Made by a program: the position numbers and the translations under genes
The notes under the pieces: model-generated
Told to the model about the DNA's origin: nothing
The model's input: the letters and a program-made list of their open reading frames with translations, nothing else
Database searches by the model: none
Source of the DNA: Ranitomeya imitator
Lineage: Eukaryota
Direction: 5' to 3'
DNA: 64,000 nt
NCBI RefSeq assembly: GCF_032444005.1
Contig: NC_091287.1
Coordinates: 531,960,001-532,024,000 of the forward strand
Shown here: piece by piece, positions 35,077 through 46,321 of the stretch
Layout: each line of letters starts with the position of its first letter
How positions within the stretch are numbered: the stretch's first letter is position 1

Positions 35077-38000
35077 CTAGGTGTCAGCCGGGCAAGGTGG
35101 GGCAAAAGATTTCGAAATCCAGTTGTGGTTCATTTTAATGAAGGTTAGATCATCTACATTTTGGGTTGCCAGACGAGTCCTTTTTTCTGTTAGTATTGAA
35201 CCTGCAGCACTGAATACTCTTTCTGATAGGACACTAGCTGCCGGGCAAGCAAGCTCCTGCAATGCATATTCTGCCAATTCTGGCCAGGTGTCTAATTTTG
35301 ATGCCCAGTAATCAAATGGGAATGACGGTTGAGGGAGAACATCGATAAGGGATGAAAAATAGTTTGTAACCATACTGGACAAATGTTGTCTCCTGTCACT
35401 TTGAATTAATGCTGCAGTACCTGTCCTGTCTGCGGTCATAGCAAAATCACTCCACAACCTGGTCAGAAAACCCCTCTGGCCAACGCCACTTCTGATTTCT
35501 GCCCCTCTAACTCCTCTGGTCTGCTGGCCCCTGCAGCTCGTGTGAGAACGATCATGGGCGCTGTGTGCAGGGAATGCCAGAAGCAAACGGTCAACAAGAG
35601 TTGATTGTTTGGTTGCTAATATTAGTTCCAAGTTCTCATGTGGCATTATATTTTGCAATTTGCCTTTATAGCGAGGATGAAGGAGGCAGGCCAACCAGTA
35701 ATCGTCATCATTCATCATTTTAGTTATGCGTGTGTCCCTTTTGAGGATACGTAAGGCATAATCCGCCATGTGGGCCAAAGTTCCAGTTCTCAAATCTGCG
35801 GTTGTGCTTGGTTGAGGGGCAGTTTCAGGCAAATCCACGTCACTTGTGTCCCTCAAAAAACCAGAACCCGGCCTTGCCGCGCCACCAATTTCCAGTGGCC
35901 CCGGAAAAGCTTCCTCATTAAAAATATAATCATCCCCATCATCCTCCTCGTCCTCCTCCTCCTCTTCGCCCGCTACCTCGTCCTGTACACTGCCCTGGCC
36001 AGACAATGGCTGACTGTCATCAAGGCTTTCCTCTTCCTCAGCTGCAGACGCCTGATCCTTTATGTGCGTCAAACTTTGCATCAGCAGACGCATTAGGGGG
36101 ATGCTCATGCTTATTATGGCGTTGTCTGCACTAACCAGCCGTGTGCATTCCTCAAAACACTGAAGGACTTGGCACATGTCTTGAATCTTCGACCACTGCA
36201 CACCTGACAACTCCATGTCTGCCATCCTACTGCCTGCCCGTGTATGTGTATCCTCCCACAAAAACATAACAGCCCGCCTCTGTTGGCACAGTCTCTGAAG
36301 CATGTGCAGTGTTGAGTTCCACCTTGTTGCAACGTCTATGATTAGGCGATGCTGGGGAAGGTTCAAAGAACGCTGATAGGTCTGCATACGGCTGGAGTGT
36401 ACGGGCGAACGGCGGATATGTGAGCAAAGTCCACGCACTTTGAGGAGCAGGTCGGATAACCCCGGATAACTTTTCAGGAAGCACTGCACCACCAGGTTTA
36501 AGGTGTGAGCCAGGCAAGGAATGTGTTTCAGTTGGGAAAGGGAGATGGCAGCCATGAAATTCCTTCCGTTATCACTCACTACCTTGCCTGCCTCAAGATC
36601 TACAGTGCCCAGCCACGACTGCGTTTCTTTCTGCAAGAACTCGGACAGAACTTCCGCGGTGTGTCTGTTGTCGCCCAAACACTTCATAGCCAATACAGCC
36701 TGCTGACGTTTGCCAGTAGCTGCCCCATAATGGGAGACCTGGTGTGCAACAGTGGCAGCTGCGGATGGAGTGGTTGTGCGACTGCGGTCTGTGGACGAGC
36801 TCTCGCTTCTGCAGGAGGACGAAGAGGAGGAGGAGGGGGTGCGAACGGCTACAGCCAATTGTTTCCTAGACCGTGGGCTAGGCAGAACTGTCCCAAACTT
36901 GCTGTCCCCTGTGGACCCTGCATCCACCACATTTACCCAGTGTGCCGTGATGGACACGTAACGTCCCTGGCCATGCCTACTGGTCCATGCATCTGTTGTC
37001 AGGTGCACCTTTGTGCTCACAGATTGCCTGAGTGCATGGACGATGCGCTCTTTAACATGCTGGTGGAGGGCTGGGATGGCTTTTCTGGAAAAAAAGTGTC
37101 GACTGGGTAGCTCGTAGCATGGTACAGCGTAGTCCATCAGGGCTTTGAAAGCTTCGCTTTCAACTAACCGGTAGGGCATCATCTCTAACGAGATTAGTCT
37201 AGCTATGTGTGCGTTCAAACCCTGTGTACGCGGATGCGAGGCTAAGTACTTCCTTTTTCTAACCATAGTCTCATGTAGGGTGAGCTGGACTGGAGAGCTG
37301 GAGATCGTGGAACTAGCGGGGGTGCCGGTGGACATGGCAGACTGAGAGACGGTGGGAGATGGTATTGTTGCCACCGGTGCCCTAGATGCAGTGTTTCCTA
37401 CTACGAAACTGGTGATTCCCTGACCCTGACTGCTTTGGCCTGGCAAAGAAACCTGCACAGATACTGCAGGTGGTGCGGAAAATGGTGGCCCTACACTGCC
37501 GGAAGGGATGTTGCGTTGCTGACTAGCTTCATTGGCCGAGGGTGCTACAACCTTAAGGGACGTTTGGTAGTTAGTCCAGGCTTGCAAATGCATGGTGGTT
37601 AAATGTCTATGCATGCAACTTGTATTGAGACTTTTCAGATTCTGTCCTCTGCTTAAGGTAGTTGAACATTTTTGACAGATGACTTTGCGCTGATCAATTG
37701 GATGTTGTTTAAAAAAATGCCAGACTGCACTCTTTCTAGCATCGGATACCTTTTCAGGCATTGCAGACTGAGCTTTAACCGGATCTCCACGCTGTCCTCC
37801 AACAGGTTTGGGCTTTGCCACGCGTTTTGGGCAAGATACGGGCCCGGCAGATGGAACCTGTTGCGATGTTGATGCCTGCTGCGGCCCCTCCTCCTCCGCT
37901 TCAGAACTGCTGCCGCCTGCACCCTGTTCCCCCAATGGCTGCCAATCGGGGTCAAGAACTGGGTCATCTATTACCTCTTCTTGTAGCTCGTGTGCAACTT

Positions 38001-38646
38001 CGTCTGTGTCACCGTGTCGGTCGGTGGTATAGCGTTCGTGATGGGGCAACATAGTCTCATCAGGGTCTGATTCTTGATCAGCACCCTGCGAGGGCAATGT
38101 TGTGGTCTGAGTCAAAGGACCAGCATAGTAGTCTGGCTGTGGCTGTGCATCAGTGCACTCCATGTCAGATTCAACTTGTAATGGGCATGGACTGTTAACT
38201 GCTTCACTTTCTAAGCCAGGGACGGTATGTGTAAAGAGCTCCATGGAGTAACCCGTTGTGTCGCCTGCTGCATTCTTCTCTGTTGTTGTTTTTGCTAAAG
38301 AGGACAAGGAAGCGACTTGTCCCTGACCGTGAACATCCACTAACGACGCGCTGCTTTGACATTTACCAGTTTCACGAGAGGAGGCAAAAGAGCTAGAGGC
38401 TGAGTCAGCAAGATAAGCCAAAACTTGCTCTTGCTGCTCCGGCTTTAAAAGCGGTTTTCCTACTCCCAGAAAAGGGAGCGTTCGAGGCCTTGTGTAGCCA
38501 GACGACGAACCTGGCTCCACAGCTCCAGACTTAGGTGCAATATTTTTTTTCCCACGACCAGCTGATGCTCCACCACTACCACTACCCTCATTACCAGCTG
38601 ACAATGAACGCCCCCGGCCACAACCTCTTCCACCATACTTCCTCAT
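35077..38646 (-). CDS. hAT transposase with BED zinc finger (ZBED-like), 1189 aa, intact
   Basis: BED finger SAVWHFF..C..C..HRHL..MH; catalytic LTTDAW, VSDNG and SERVFS; CLAH and TRWNS motifs; C-terminal hAT dimerisation domain; no stops or frameshifts. Confidence 0.96.
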   Translation of the reverse strand: MRKYGGRGCGRGRSLSAGNEGSGSGGASAGRGKKNIAPKSGAVEPGSSSGYTRPRTLPFLGVGKPLLKPEQQEQVLAYLADSASSSFASSRETGKCQSSASLVDVHGQGQVASLSSLAKTTTEKNAAGDTTGYSMELFTHTVPGLESEAVNSPCPLQVESDMECTDAQPQPDYYAGPLTQTTTLPSQGADQESDPDETMLPHHERYTTDRHGDTDEVAHELQEEVIDDPVLDPDWQPLGEQGAGGSSSEAEEEGPQQASTSQQVPSAGPVSCPKRVAKPKPVGGQRGDPVKAQSAMPEKVSDARKSAVWHFFKQHPIDQRKVICQKCSTTLSRGQNLKSLNTSCMHRHLTTMHLQAWTNYQTSLKVVAPSANEASQQRNIPSGSVGPPFSAPPAVSVQVSLPGQSSQGQGITSFVVGNTASRAPVATIPSPTVSQSAMSTGTPASSTISSSPVQLTLHETMVRKRKYLASHPRTQGLNAHIARLISLEMMPYRLVESEAFKALMDYAVPCYELPSRHFFSRKAIPALHQHVKERIVHALRQSVSTKVHLTTDAWTSRHGQGRYVSITAHWVNVVDAGSTGDSKFGTVLPSPRSRKQLAVAVRTPSSSSSSSCRSESSSTDRSRTTTPSAAATVAHQVSHYGAATGKRQQAVLAMKCLGDNRHTAEVLSEFLQKETQSWLGTVDLEAGKVVSDNGRNFMAAISLSQLKHIPCLAHTLNLVVQCFLKSYPGLSDLLLKVRGLCSHIRRSPVHSSRMQTYQRSLNLPQHRLIIDVATRWNSTLHMLQRLCQQRRAVMFLWEDTHTRAGSRMADMELSGVQWSKIQDMCQVLQCFEECTRLVSADNAIISMSIPLMRLLMQSLTHIKDQASAAEEEESLDDSQPLSGQGSVQDEVAGEEEEEDEEDDGDDYIFNEEAFPGPLEIGGAARPGSGFLRDTSDVDLPETAPQPSTTADLRTGTLAHMADYALRILKRDTRITKMMNDDDYWLACLLHPRYKGKLQNIMPHENLELILATKQSTLVDRLLLAFPAHSAHDRSHTSCRGQQTRGVRGAEIRSGVGQRGFLTRLWSDFAMTADRTGTAALIQSDRRQHLSSMVTNYFSSLIDVLPQPSFPFDYWASKLDTWPELAEYALQELACPAASVLSERVFSAAGSILTEKRTRLATQNVDDLTFIKMNHNWISKSFAPPCPADT

Positions 38647-38859
38647 TGTTTTAAAAACGTAAACAAACTAACGGTATTTGTTGCTGTCACACAAATTACA
38701 CGGTGAGCTATAACTTCAGTATGATTTAGCTACCCCTTTACAGGTGAGTGAGACCACAACGAAAATCAGGCACAATGTTACACACTCTGTTGTTGGTGGC
38801 AACAAATGAGAGAGATGCCACACACGCAGGACTGTCACTGAAGCACAAATGTAAATATT

Positions 38860-40850
38860 AATCTCCCACTGATTTGTTTTTTTTTTTTTTAAGGGAGACT
38901 TTAGGAAAAAAAAATAATAGAATAAAATGATTTTTTCAGGAAGAATTTAGAAACCAAATAAAATAAAATGATTTTTTCAGGGAGAATTTAGAAAACAAAT
39001 TAAACAAAAAAAGGCTTTCTATGGCCCACTGAGTGAGAGATGACGCACACAGGAGTCAGGAGTGGCACACAAGCCCAGAGGCCAATATTTATCTCCCACT
39101 GATTGATGTAGTGATTTTTTCAGGTAGATTTTGGAACCCAAATCAAGCTAAAAAAAATAATAGGCTTTCTATGGCCCACAATTGGAGAGAGAGAGAGAGA
39201 TGGCACACCCAGGAGTCAAGACTGGCACACAAGCAGAAAGGGCAATATTAATCTCCCACTGATTTGTTTTTTTTTGTTTTTTTTTCAGGGAGACTTTAGG
39301 AAAAAAAAAAATAGAATAAAATGATTTTTTGAGGAAGAATTTAGAAACCAAATAAAATAAAATGATTTTTTCAGGGAGAATTTAGAAAACAAATAAAACA
39401 AAAAAAGGCTTTCTATGGCCCACTGAGTGAGAGATGACGCACACAGGAGTCAGGAGTGGCACACAAGGCCAGAGGCCAATATTTATCTCCCACTGATTGA
39501 TGTAGTGATTTTTTCAGGTAGATTTTGGAACCCAAATCAAGCTAAAAAAAATAATAGGCTTTCTATGGCCCACAATTGGAGAGAGAGAGAGATGGCACAC
39601 CCAGGAGTCAAGACTGGCACACAAGCAGAAAGGGCAATATTAATCTCCCACTGATTTGTTGTTTTTTTTTTTTTTCAGGGAGACTTTAGGAAAAAAAAAA
39701 ATAGAATAAAATGATTTTTTGAGGAAGAATTTAGAAACCAAATAAAATAAAATGATTTTTTCAGGGAGAATTTAGAAAACAAATAAAACAAAAAAAGGCT
39801 TTCTATGGCCCACTGAGTGAGAGATGACGCACACAGGAGTCAGGAGTGGCACACAAGCCCAGAGGCCAATATTTATCTCCCACTGATTGATGTAGTGATT
39901 TTTTCAGGTAGATTTTGGAACCCAAATCAAGCTAAAAAAAATAATAGGCTTTCTATGGCCCACAATTGGAGAGAGAGAGAGAGATGGCACACCCAGGAGT
40001 CAAGACTGGCACACAAGCAGAAAGGGCAATATTAATCTCCCACTGATTTGTTTTTTTTGTTTTTTTTTCAGGGAGACTTTAGGAAAAAAAAAATAGAATA
40101 AAATGATTTTTTCAGGAAGAATTTAGAAACCAAATAAAATAAAATGATTTTTTCAGGGAGAATTTAGAAAAGAAATAAAACAAAAAAAAGGCTTTCTATG
40201 GCCCACTGAGTGAGAGACAGAGAGAGATGGCACACTTAGGACTGGCACACAAGCCCAAAGGCCAATATTAATCTCCCTTTTTTTTTAAGGGAGAATTTAT
40301 AAAACCAAAAAAAAATAAATAAATAGGCTTTCTATGGCCCACTATTTGTGAGAGAGATGGCACGCTCAGGACTGGCACACAAGCCCAGAGGCCAATATTA
40401 TTCTCCCACTTATTTTTTTTTTTTCCAGGGAAAATTTATAAACCCATTAAAAAAATAAAAAAATAAATAGGCTTTCTATGGCCCACTATCTGAGAGAGAG
40501 AGATGGCACGCTTAGGACTGGCACACAAGCCCAAAGGCCAATATTATTCTCCCACTGATTGATTTATTGATTTTTTCAGGTAGAATTTAGAACCCAAATA
40601 AAGCAAAAAAAAAAAAAAATGGGCTTTCTATGGCCCACTGAGTGAGTGATGATGCACACAGGAGTCAGGAGTGGCACACAAGCCCTGAGGCCAATATTTT
40701 TCTCCCACTGATTGATGTAGTGATTTTTTCAGGTAGATTTTATAACCCAAATCAAGCAAAAAAATAAATAGGCTTTCTATGGCCCACTGAGTGAGAGATG
40801 ACACAGACAGGGATGGCACTCTAGCAGAAATGTCAATCTTAATCTCCCAC
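38860..40850. repeat. Higher-order tandem array: ~150 + ~242-bp dimer (~392 bp) x3, grading into ~145-bp monomers
   Basis: Anchor GGCTTTCTATGGCCCAC at 39013, 39163, 39407, 39557, 39797, 39947, 40190, 40326, 40470, 40622 and 40771. Confidence 0.92.
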
Positions 40851-41286
40851 AAAAAAAAAAAAAAAAACAGGGAGTGTCCTTCAATTACTATCTCCCTGCA
40901 GTAATCTCAGCCAGGTATGGCAGGCAGCAATAAGGAGTGGACTGATGCACAAATTAAATAAAAAGTGTGTACAAACCAAAAAGATAGCTGTGCAGAAAGG
41001 AAGGAACAAGAGGATTTGTGCTTTGAAAAAAGCAGTTGGTTTGCACAGCGGCGTACACACAGCAATGCAGCTATCAGGGAGCCTTCTAGGGCAGCCCAAT
41101 GAGCTACAGCGCTGAGGGAAAAAAAAAAAAATGTAGCTTCCACTGTCCCTGCACACCGAAGGTGGTGTTGGGCAGTGGAAATCGCTACAGCACAAGCGGT
41201 TTGGTGGTTAATGGACCCTGCCTAACGCTATCCCTGCTTCTGACGAAGCGGCAGCAACCTCTCCCTAAGCTCAGATCAGCAGCAGT

Positions 41287-41431
41287 AAGATGGCGGTCGG
41301 CGGGAACGCCCCTTTATAGCCCCTGTGACGCCGCAGACAGCAAGCCAATCACTGCAATGCCCTTCTCTAAGATGGTGGGGACCAGGACCTATGTCATCAC
41401 GCTGCCCACACTCTGCGTTTACCTTCATTGG
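41287..41431 (-). promoter_or_regulatory. Putative transposase promoter
   Basis: On the minus strand: CCAAT boxes (41427-41431; 41345-41349 reversed), CTATAAAG TATA box (41312-41319), YY1-type CGCCATCTT (41287-41295) at the expected start distance; CpG-rich. Confidence 0.55.
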
Positions 41432-43113
41432 CTGAGAAATGGCGCTTTTCGCGTCATTGAAACGCGACTTTGGCGCGAAAGTCGCGTACCGCATGGCCGA
41501 CCCCGCACAGGGGTCGGATCGGGTTTCATGAAACCCGACTTTGCCAAAAGTCGGCGACTTTTGAAAATGAACGACCCATTTCGCTCAACCCTACTGGCAC
41601 CACTTGATCAGAATTACCAAACATGTGAAGCAGGATTTGATGGTTTGACAATCGTTCTTGTAATCACTTCATTAATGGTAGTCGAATTCAGACCTAGAAT
41701 TATTTATAGGTCGGAGAGCAGCTATACTGGGCACGAGATGGTGTTGGGAAAAATGGCCGGTCTTATGGGAACAGCTTTAGTCAGGAATCTAACATTGAGT
41801 TTTTCCCGATTGTGATAGCCAATGAATAATGGGATCCCAGCGTAGCTAATTTGAGATCACATGGCTGTTTTTCAGGTGGTAAATAAACTTTCTTTGACCT
41901 GTGATGTGACGTATTCCTTCAATGTTATCAATGGAACATCTGGTTTAACACTAAACATGCCCTGGGTGTCCAAAACATCATCTCTGATGCCTTGTAAAGT
42001 TGGTAGAGATAGGCTGGGTCTGTATACAGAAGTCCAAAATGGATCGGTTGGATAGAAGAATGTGATTGACCAAACGTGGTTCAAAATTATTTCCTGTGTG
42101 GGTGGTGGTTATTATATTCTGAGTTGCGTAAAGTGAGAGACAATTTCCCTTCACCTGCATCAGGATTATCTTTACATTCGATTTTTTGGAACCATTGTTA
42201 GATGAGCATTTCACAATGGTGGAGTCTTGTGATATTATTGAAGACAGGGTAAAAAGGTGAAGGCATTGGAAGTTTGAGTTTTTCTCCTGTTTGGGACCTG
42301 ATTTGCTGTTTGTTTGATGTTTTGTAATACGTCACCCCTTCCTTCTCCATGTTGATACTTTTTTTTTTCTTTCCGATCCCAAGTGTCATCTTGTTTGAAT
42401 CATTGGCACATCATAATTTTCTAAGTGGAGATCAGCCATCCAACCATGTGATACTTCATTGGATATCGACAATGTGGATACTATATGGAAAGGGGTGCAG
42501 AGCATGTGGTGGACACAGGTCCTACCTGAAATAGTTGCAGCAAGTCATCTTGTGCAAGGAGAAGTTATAATATTAATCCTCACCTGGGGAAATTACTTAG
42601 GATGGGTTACGGTAGGGGACCATATCTCAATTATAAAGCAGATTTTCTGTTACATTGGATAATTTTTTTACATTATTTGGTTGATGCAGTCTGAGGTAGT
42701 TACACACAAGGTATTGAGTCTGAGATCCAGCCAGTTTAAAGTGCAGGAGACTTCTTAATGATCAAGTCTCAAAACGAGTGCAAGCCATTGGAGGTGAGTC
42801 TGCCCCGCATAATGACTTGGAAGGAGATGATAATGCAAATTAGTTGCTACAAGATGGGTGCATTTGAATCCAATTATTTATCTTTTAAGTTTGAAGGATG
42901 GTATTGAAAGAGAGCTGGTGTTAGATGGTTGTGGTGGTGGTGATGGGGGATTCATTGTAGGGTTACACTGCTTTCTTGGTGGCGGTGATTTATCCATGTT
43001 CTTGGAGGATAGAAGTTGATCCACATGCCCAATGCCTAACAACGTTGACTTTTCCAGTTTCCAGAGAGGAGAAGAAAAAGTAACCAATGCCTAGGCATCG
43101 AGAGTATTCCTTA

Positions 43114-43309
43114 AGCCGGGGTCACAGTTGCGAGAAACTCACACAAGTCTTGCGTCTCAATACCTGGCACTGCCACCGGCTCTCGGGGCCGAAGCGTGCG
43201 GCTGCATGTAATTCTCTGCAGCTGAACACTCCGGTCCCGAGTACCGGTGGAAGTGTCGGGTATTGAGACACAAAACTCATGCTGGTTTCTTGCAAGTCTG
43301 ACCCCGGCC
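43114..43309. mobile_element. PIF/Harbinger MITE (196 bp)
   Basis: TIR GCCGGGGTCACA.TTGC; TTA on both flanks. Confidence 0.85.
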
Positions 43310-43313
43310 TTAA

Positions 43314-44235
43314 AGTAGTTGTCCAAGATTGGGTCTTAAGTCTGAAGTTACTCTATGTTACTATAGACTTGTGGACCTTCACAGCGTGCAGTGAGCGTGC
43401 TGTCAGGATTCTCCAGTGCCGACCAGGAGCAGGTAGTCATACCACAAGTACAGCTCTGGTAAAAATTAAGAGACCACCATATTAAATCCCTGTCATGGGC
43501 AGCCCAATCTCCAGACCTGAACCCCACTGAAAACCTCTGGAATGTAATCAAGAGGATGATGGATAGTCTCAAGCCATCAAACAAAGAAGAACTGGTGAAA
43601 TTTTTGTACCAGGAGCAGTGTGAAAGACTGGTGGAAAGCTGCCAAGACGCAGGAAAGCTGTGATTAAAAATCATGGTTATTCCACAAAATATTGATTTCT
43701 GAACTCTTCCTGACCTAAAACATTAGTATTGTTGTTTCTAAATGATAATGAACTTGTTTTCTTTGCATTATTTGAGGTCTGAAAGCACTGTTTAGTTTGT
43801 TTTTTTTAATTTGGACCATTTCTTCTTTTCAGAAAAAAAACAAACAAAATTTATTGCTTGGAACTTCGGAGACATGTTGCCAGGAGTTTATAGACTAAAA
43901 GAACAATTTACATTTTACCCCAAAAGTATACTTATAAAGAGAAAAATCAGACAAACTGAACATTTTGCAGTAGTCTCTTAATTTTTGCAATTGCTGTATG
44001 TGATTTGCATACCGCTGGCCACATTCCGACTAGAGTTCACTTGTATTGAGCGAGGCCACACACGTCTAGTCAGCATGTGACTGCGCATATGCAAATCGCA
44101 TACTTGTGGTCACGGACCTGCTGCCGGCATCAAGGAATCCTGACAGCGTGCACTGTGCACCCTGTGAGGATTATCAAGTCTACAGTCACATTGACATAGA
44201 GTTACTGCAGACCTAAGCCAAAACCTGGACAAGAC
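43314..44235. mobile_element. T2/Kolobok-type MITE interrupted by a Tc1 derivative
   Basis: TTAA-AGTAGTTGTCCA ... TGGACAAGACT-TTTA; internal inverted arms on either side of the Tc1. Confidence 0.6.
43451..43996 (+). mobile_element. Non-autonomous Tc1 deletion derivative (sister of 20806-21346)
   Basis: Same TIR and internal sequence; TA at 43449-43450 and 43997-43998. Confidence 0.88.
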
Positions 44236-45582
44236 TTTTACGTAAATATGTTTTAATAGATAAAACTGTGCAAATCCCCACTTCACCCACCAGAAGTTTT
44301 CTTGTCTTTATTTCGAGGTAGTTTTTGGTCTCCAGATGGTTTGGGTAATAATTTCTTGCACTTCCAGTCTAAACCAATTTTTATTCTTGAGCATTCCATT
44401 TTTTTCTCTGTGACTTTCGGGATTCCGTAACATATTTTTTCGTAGTCACTGGTTACCCTTATTCAATGTTGCTTTTTATATGCAGTGTAGGAATAGAGGT
44501 GACTGTACGTGAAGAGCACTCAGGGCTCATTATATTGTATACACTACATACATTAGAGGTTGTATTCCCCTCTCGCTATTAACCTGCAGTCATCACCTAG
44601 ATACAGTGGAGGCAGCAATTTTGCAAACCATTGCTACATTGTCTATTTACTAAGAGATAGTCAGATATTTGAAGCCCCGAGACGCCTATTATTACATTTT
44701 TCAAATTCCTTATGATTCACATGGCTATGAGGAATCCTCATAAGTTCTGACTTCTACTTATAAGGTACATAAAAACATCATTATAGTGGTTTACAGGGTT
44801 GGGAATACATGGCTGTTTTTTTTTTTTTTAAAGAAAAACAGCGCCACCCCTTTTCTGCAGGTTGCGAGTGGTATTGCAGTTTATCCCATTCACTTCAATG
44901 TAACTGAGCTGCATTACCAAACACAACCCGTGGACAGGTGAGGATCTGTTTTTGGAAGAAGGCAACACACATGACCATGGTGTGTGCTCTGCCCCACCGC
45001 AGTAAAAGAAGCTGAGCTGCAGTGTAACACATGCCTGTACCCATGTGTGCACTATTTTAATTTTAAAATAATTTTTTTTTAAGGATCGAAAGTTGTTTTT
45101 TATTTTACGGTTTGTTAAAGAGAAGCTACGTTCACACTTTTTTTGGTCGGTGAAAAAATCTGACCTCACACGGACTGGACTGGAACTACCGGGATTCAGT
45201 AATGTTGTTGAGCTTCACCCTTTGTGTATGTTCACACGTTGCGCATTTGCTGTGGATCTTCCTGCAAAATCTGAAGTGCAAAAATAGACTTATGAGATAA
45301 TCAGATGAGAGTTGAACAAATTTCATTGTGGCGTTGCCAAAAAGTTTCTCCAAAAGCACTCAGTATGTGTGGAATTCATCATAGATTTCACCCTTTGGTA
45401 TGTAAAGGGAGATATCTGCGGAAACTTTACGATAAAATTATTTGCAGATTTTGCTGCCCCTGAAGACAACAAATTGTGTAGGGTGAATATTGAAAGAAAA
45501 AAGCAAATGTTCCAGCTTCATATAGATAAAATGCAAACTTTTTAATTCAAAAATGTAAAAGATACATGCTCCTCGTGAGGAA

Positions 45583-45623
45583 AGCGACGCGTTTCGACTG
45601 CTGCCGCAGTCTTTATCCAAGCT
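45583..45623 (-). ncRNA. Degenerate minimal hammerhead-like motif in the PLE 3' repeat
   Basis: AGC-TTGGATAAA-GACTGC(GGCA)GCAGTC-GAAA-CGCGTC-GCT: 6-bp stem II, palindromic ACGCGT, GUC triplet; core has an extra G. Confidence 0.5.
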
Positions 45624-46321
45624 AATCTATCCTAAAGCACAAACCGGCATATAAGGCACAAAATACCAATAGAGAGATCCGTACATGGTCAGAAGGTCCT
45701 AAATATCCGGTAATAACGTTACAAAACATAGAACAAATGAGGAAAAAATGTGAAAAAATAAAATAAAATCAACATAAATTCAGTGAATAACAAAACCAAC
45801 AATATTTTACAGAATAATACAGATGCTACAGTAAGGCAGATATTAATAATGAAACATTATTTTGTTTCTACGATTTAAGCCATCAGGAAAACGTGTGCCC
45901 AAGATGAAAATCCAATAGGCTTCGCGAGTAAGTAAAAGTCTATGGGTATCCCCACCTCGGTGAGGTTTCTTAATTTTTTCCAAGCCCATAACACGAAAAG
46001 ATGAAATGTCCCTTGAGTGATAATCAATGAAATGTTTGGCAGCCGAGGAATTGTTACGATTATTATGTCTTGTGTTGGTAATATCATGTAAATGTTCCGT
46101 AATGCGATTTTTTAAAATTTACGAATAGTGCAACCTATATAAGATTTATCACATATGGTACAATCAATTTTATATCTAACACAATGAGTGTTGCAATTAA
46201 TAAATTCTTGTATGCAAAATGAATTTGTGTTATTATGGTTATAAAAAAAGTTTGGTTGCAACCAAATGTCTGCATGTGGAACAATTAGTTGTATTGCATT
46301 TGAAGCTGCCTTTGCATTTTA

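Larger units (their letters stand above)
29213..41593 (-). mobile_element. Complete autonomous-type hAT DNA transposon, 12,381 bp
   Basis: TIRs TAGAGTTGAGCGA / TCGCTCAACCCTA (13 bp, 1 mismatch); perfect 8-bp TSD CTGGCACC (29205-29212, 41594-41601); subterminal palindrome GGGTTTC-nn-GAAACCC at both ends; intact transposase. Confidence 0.96.
24900..41995 (+). mobile_element. Decayed DIRS/Ngaro-type retrotransposon (gag, RT, RNase H) split by four insertions
   Basis: Collinear segments: KDKIVKGKYVDIW (25.7 kb); WWRYDE and a decayed zinc knuckle (27.7-28.0 kb); RVSPLSLVPKKE..KFRMI, LLAKSNIEAAF and YLDDF (28.5-28.9 kb); after the hAT, FFPIVIA, MAVFQVVNKLS and KHALGVQNIISDAL (41.6-42.0 kb). Confidence 0.75.

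Noticed and set aside
35077-38646. Domesticated host ZBED gene
   Set aside because: Enclosed by intact TIRs and a perfect TSD and inserted in a DIRS relic, so no gene symbol is given.
30430-40850. Regular repeats as a CRISPR array
   Set aside because: Contiguous tandem units with no unique spacers, no cas genes and a eukaryotic context.
42000-43100. Possible decayed L1 ORF2 pieces (also 13650-14340, 18250-18650, 52000-52800)
   Set aside because: Only faint motif resemblance; too degraded to call without a homology search.
44280-44440. Possible exon (Lys-rich frame on minus, or GLGNNFLHF frame on plus)
   Set aside because: Poor splice-site pairing on either strand and no recognisable protein.
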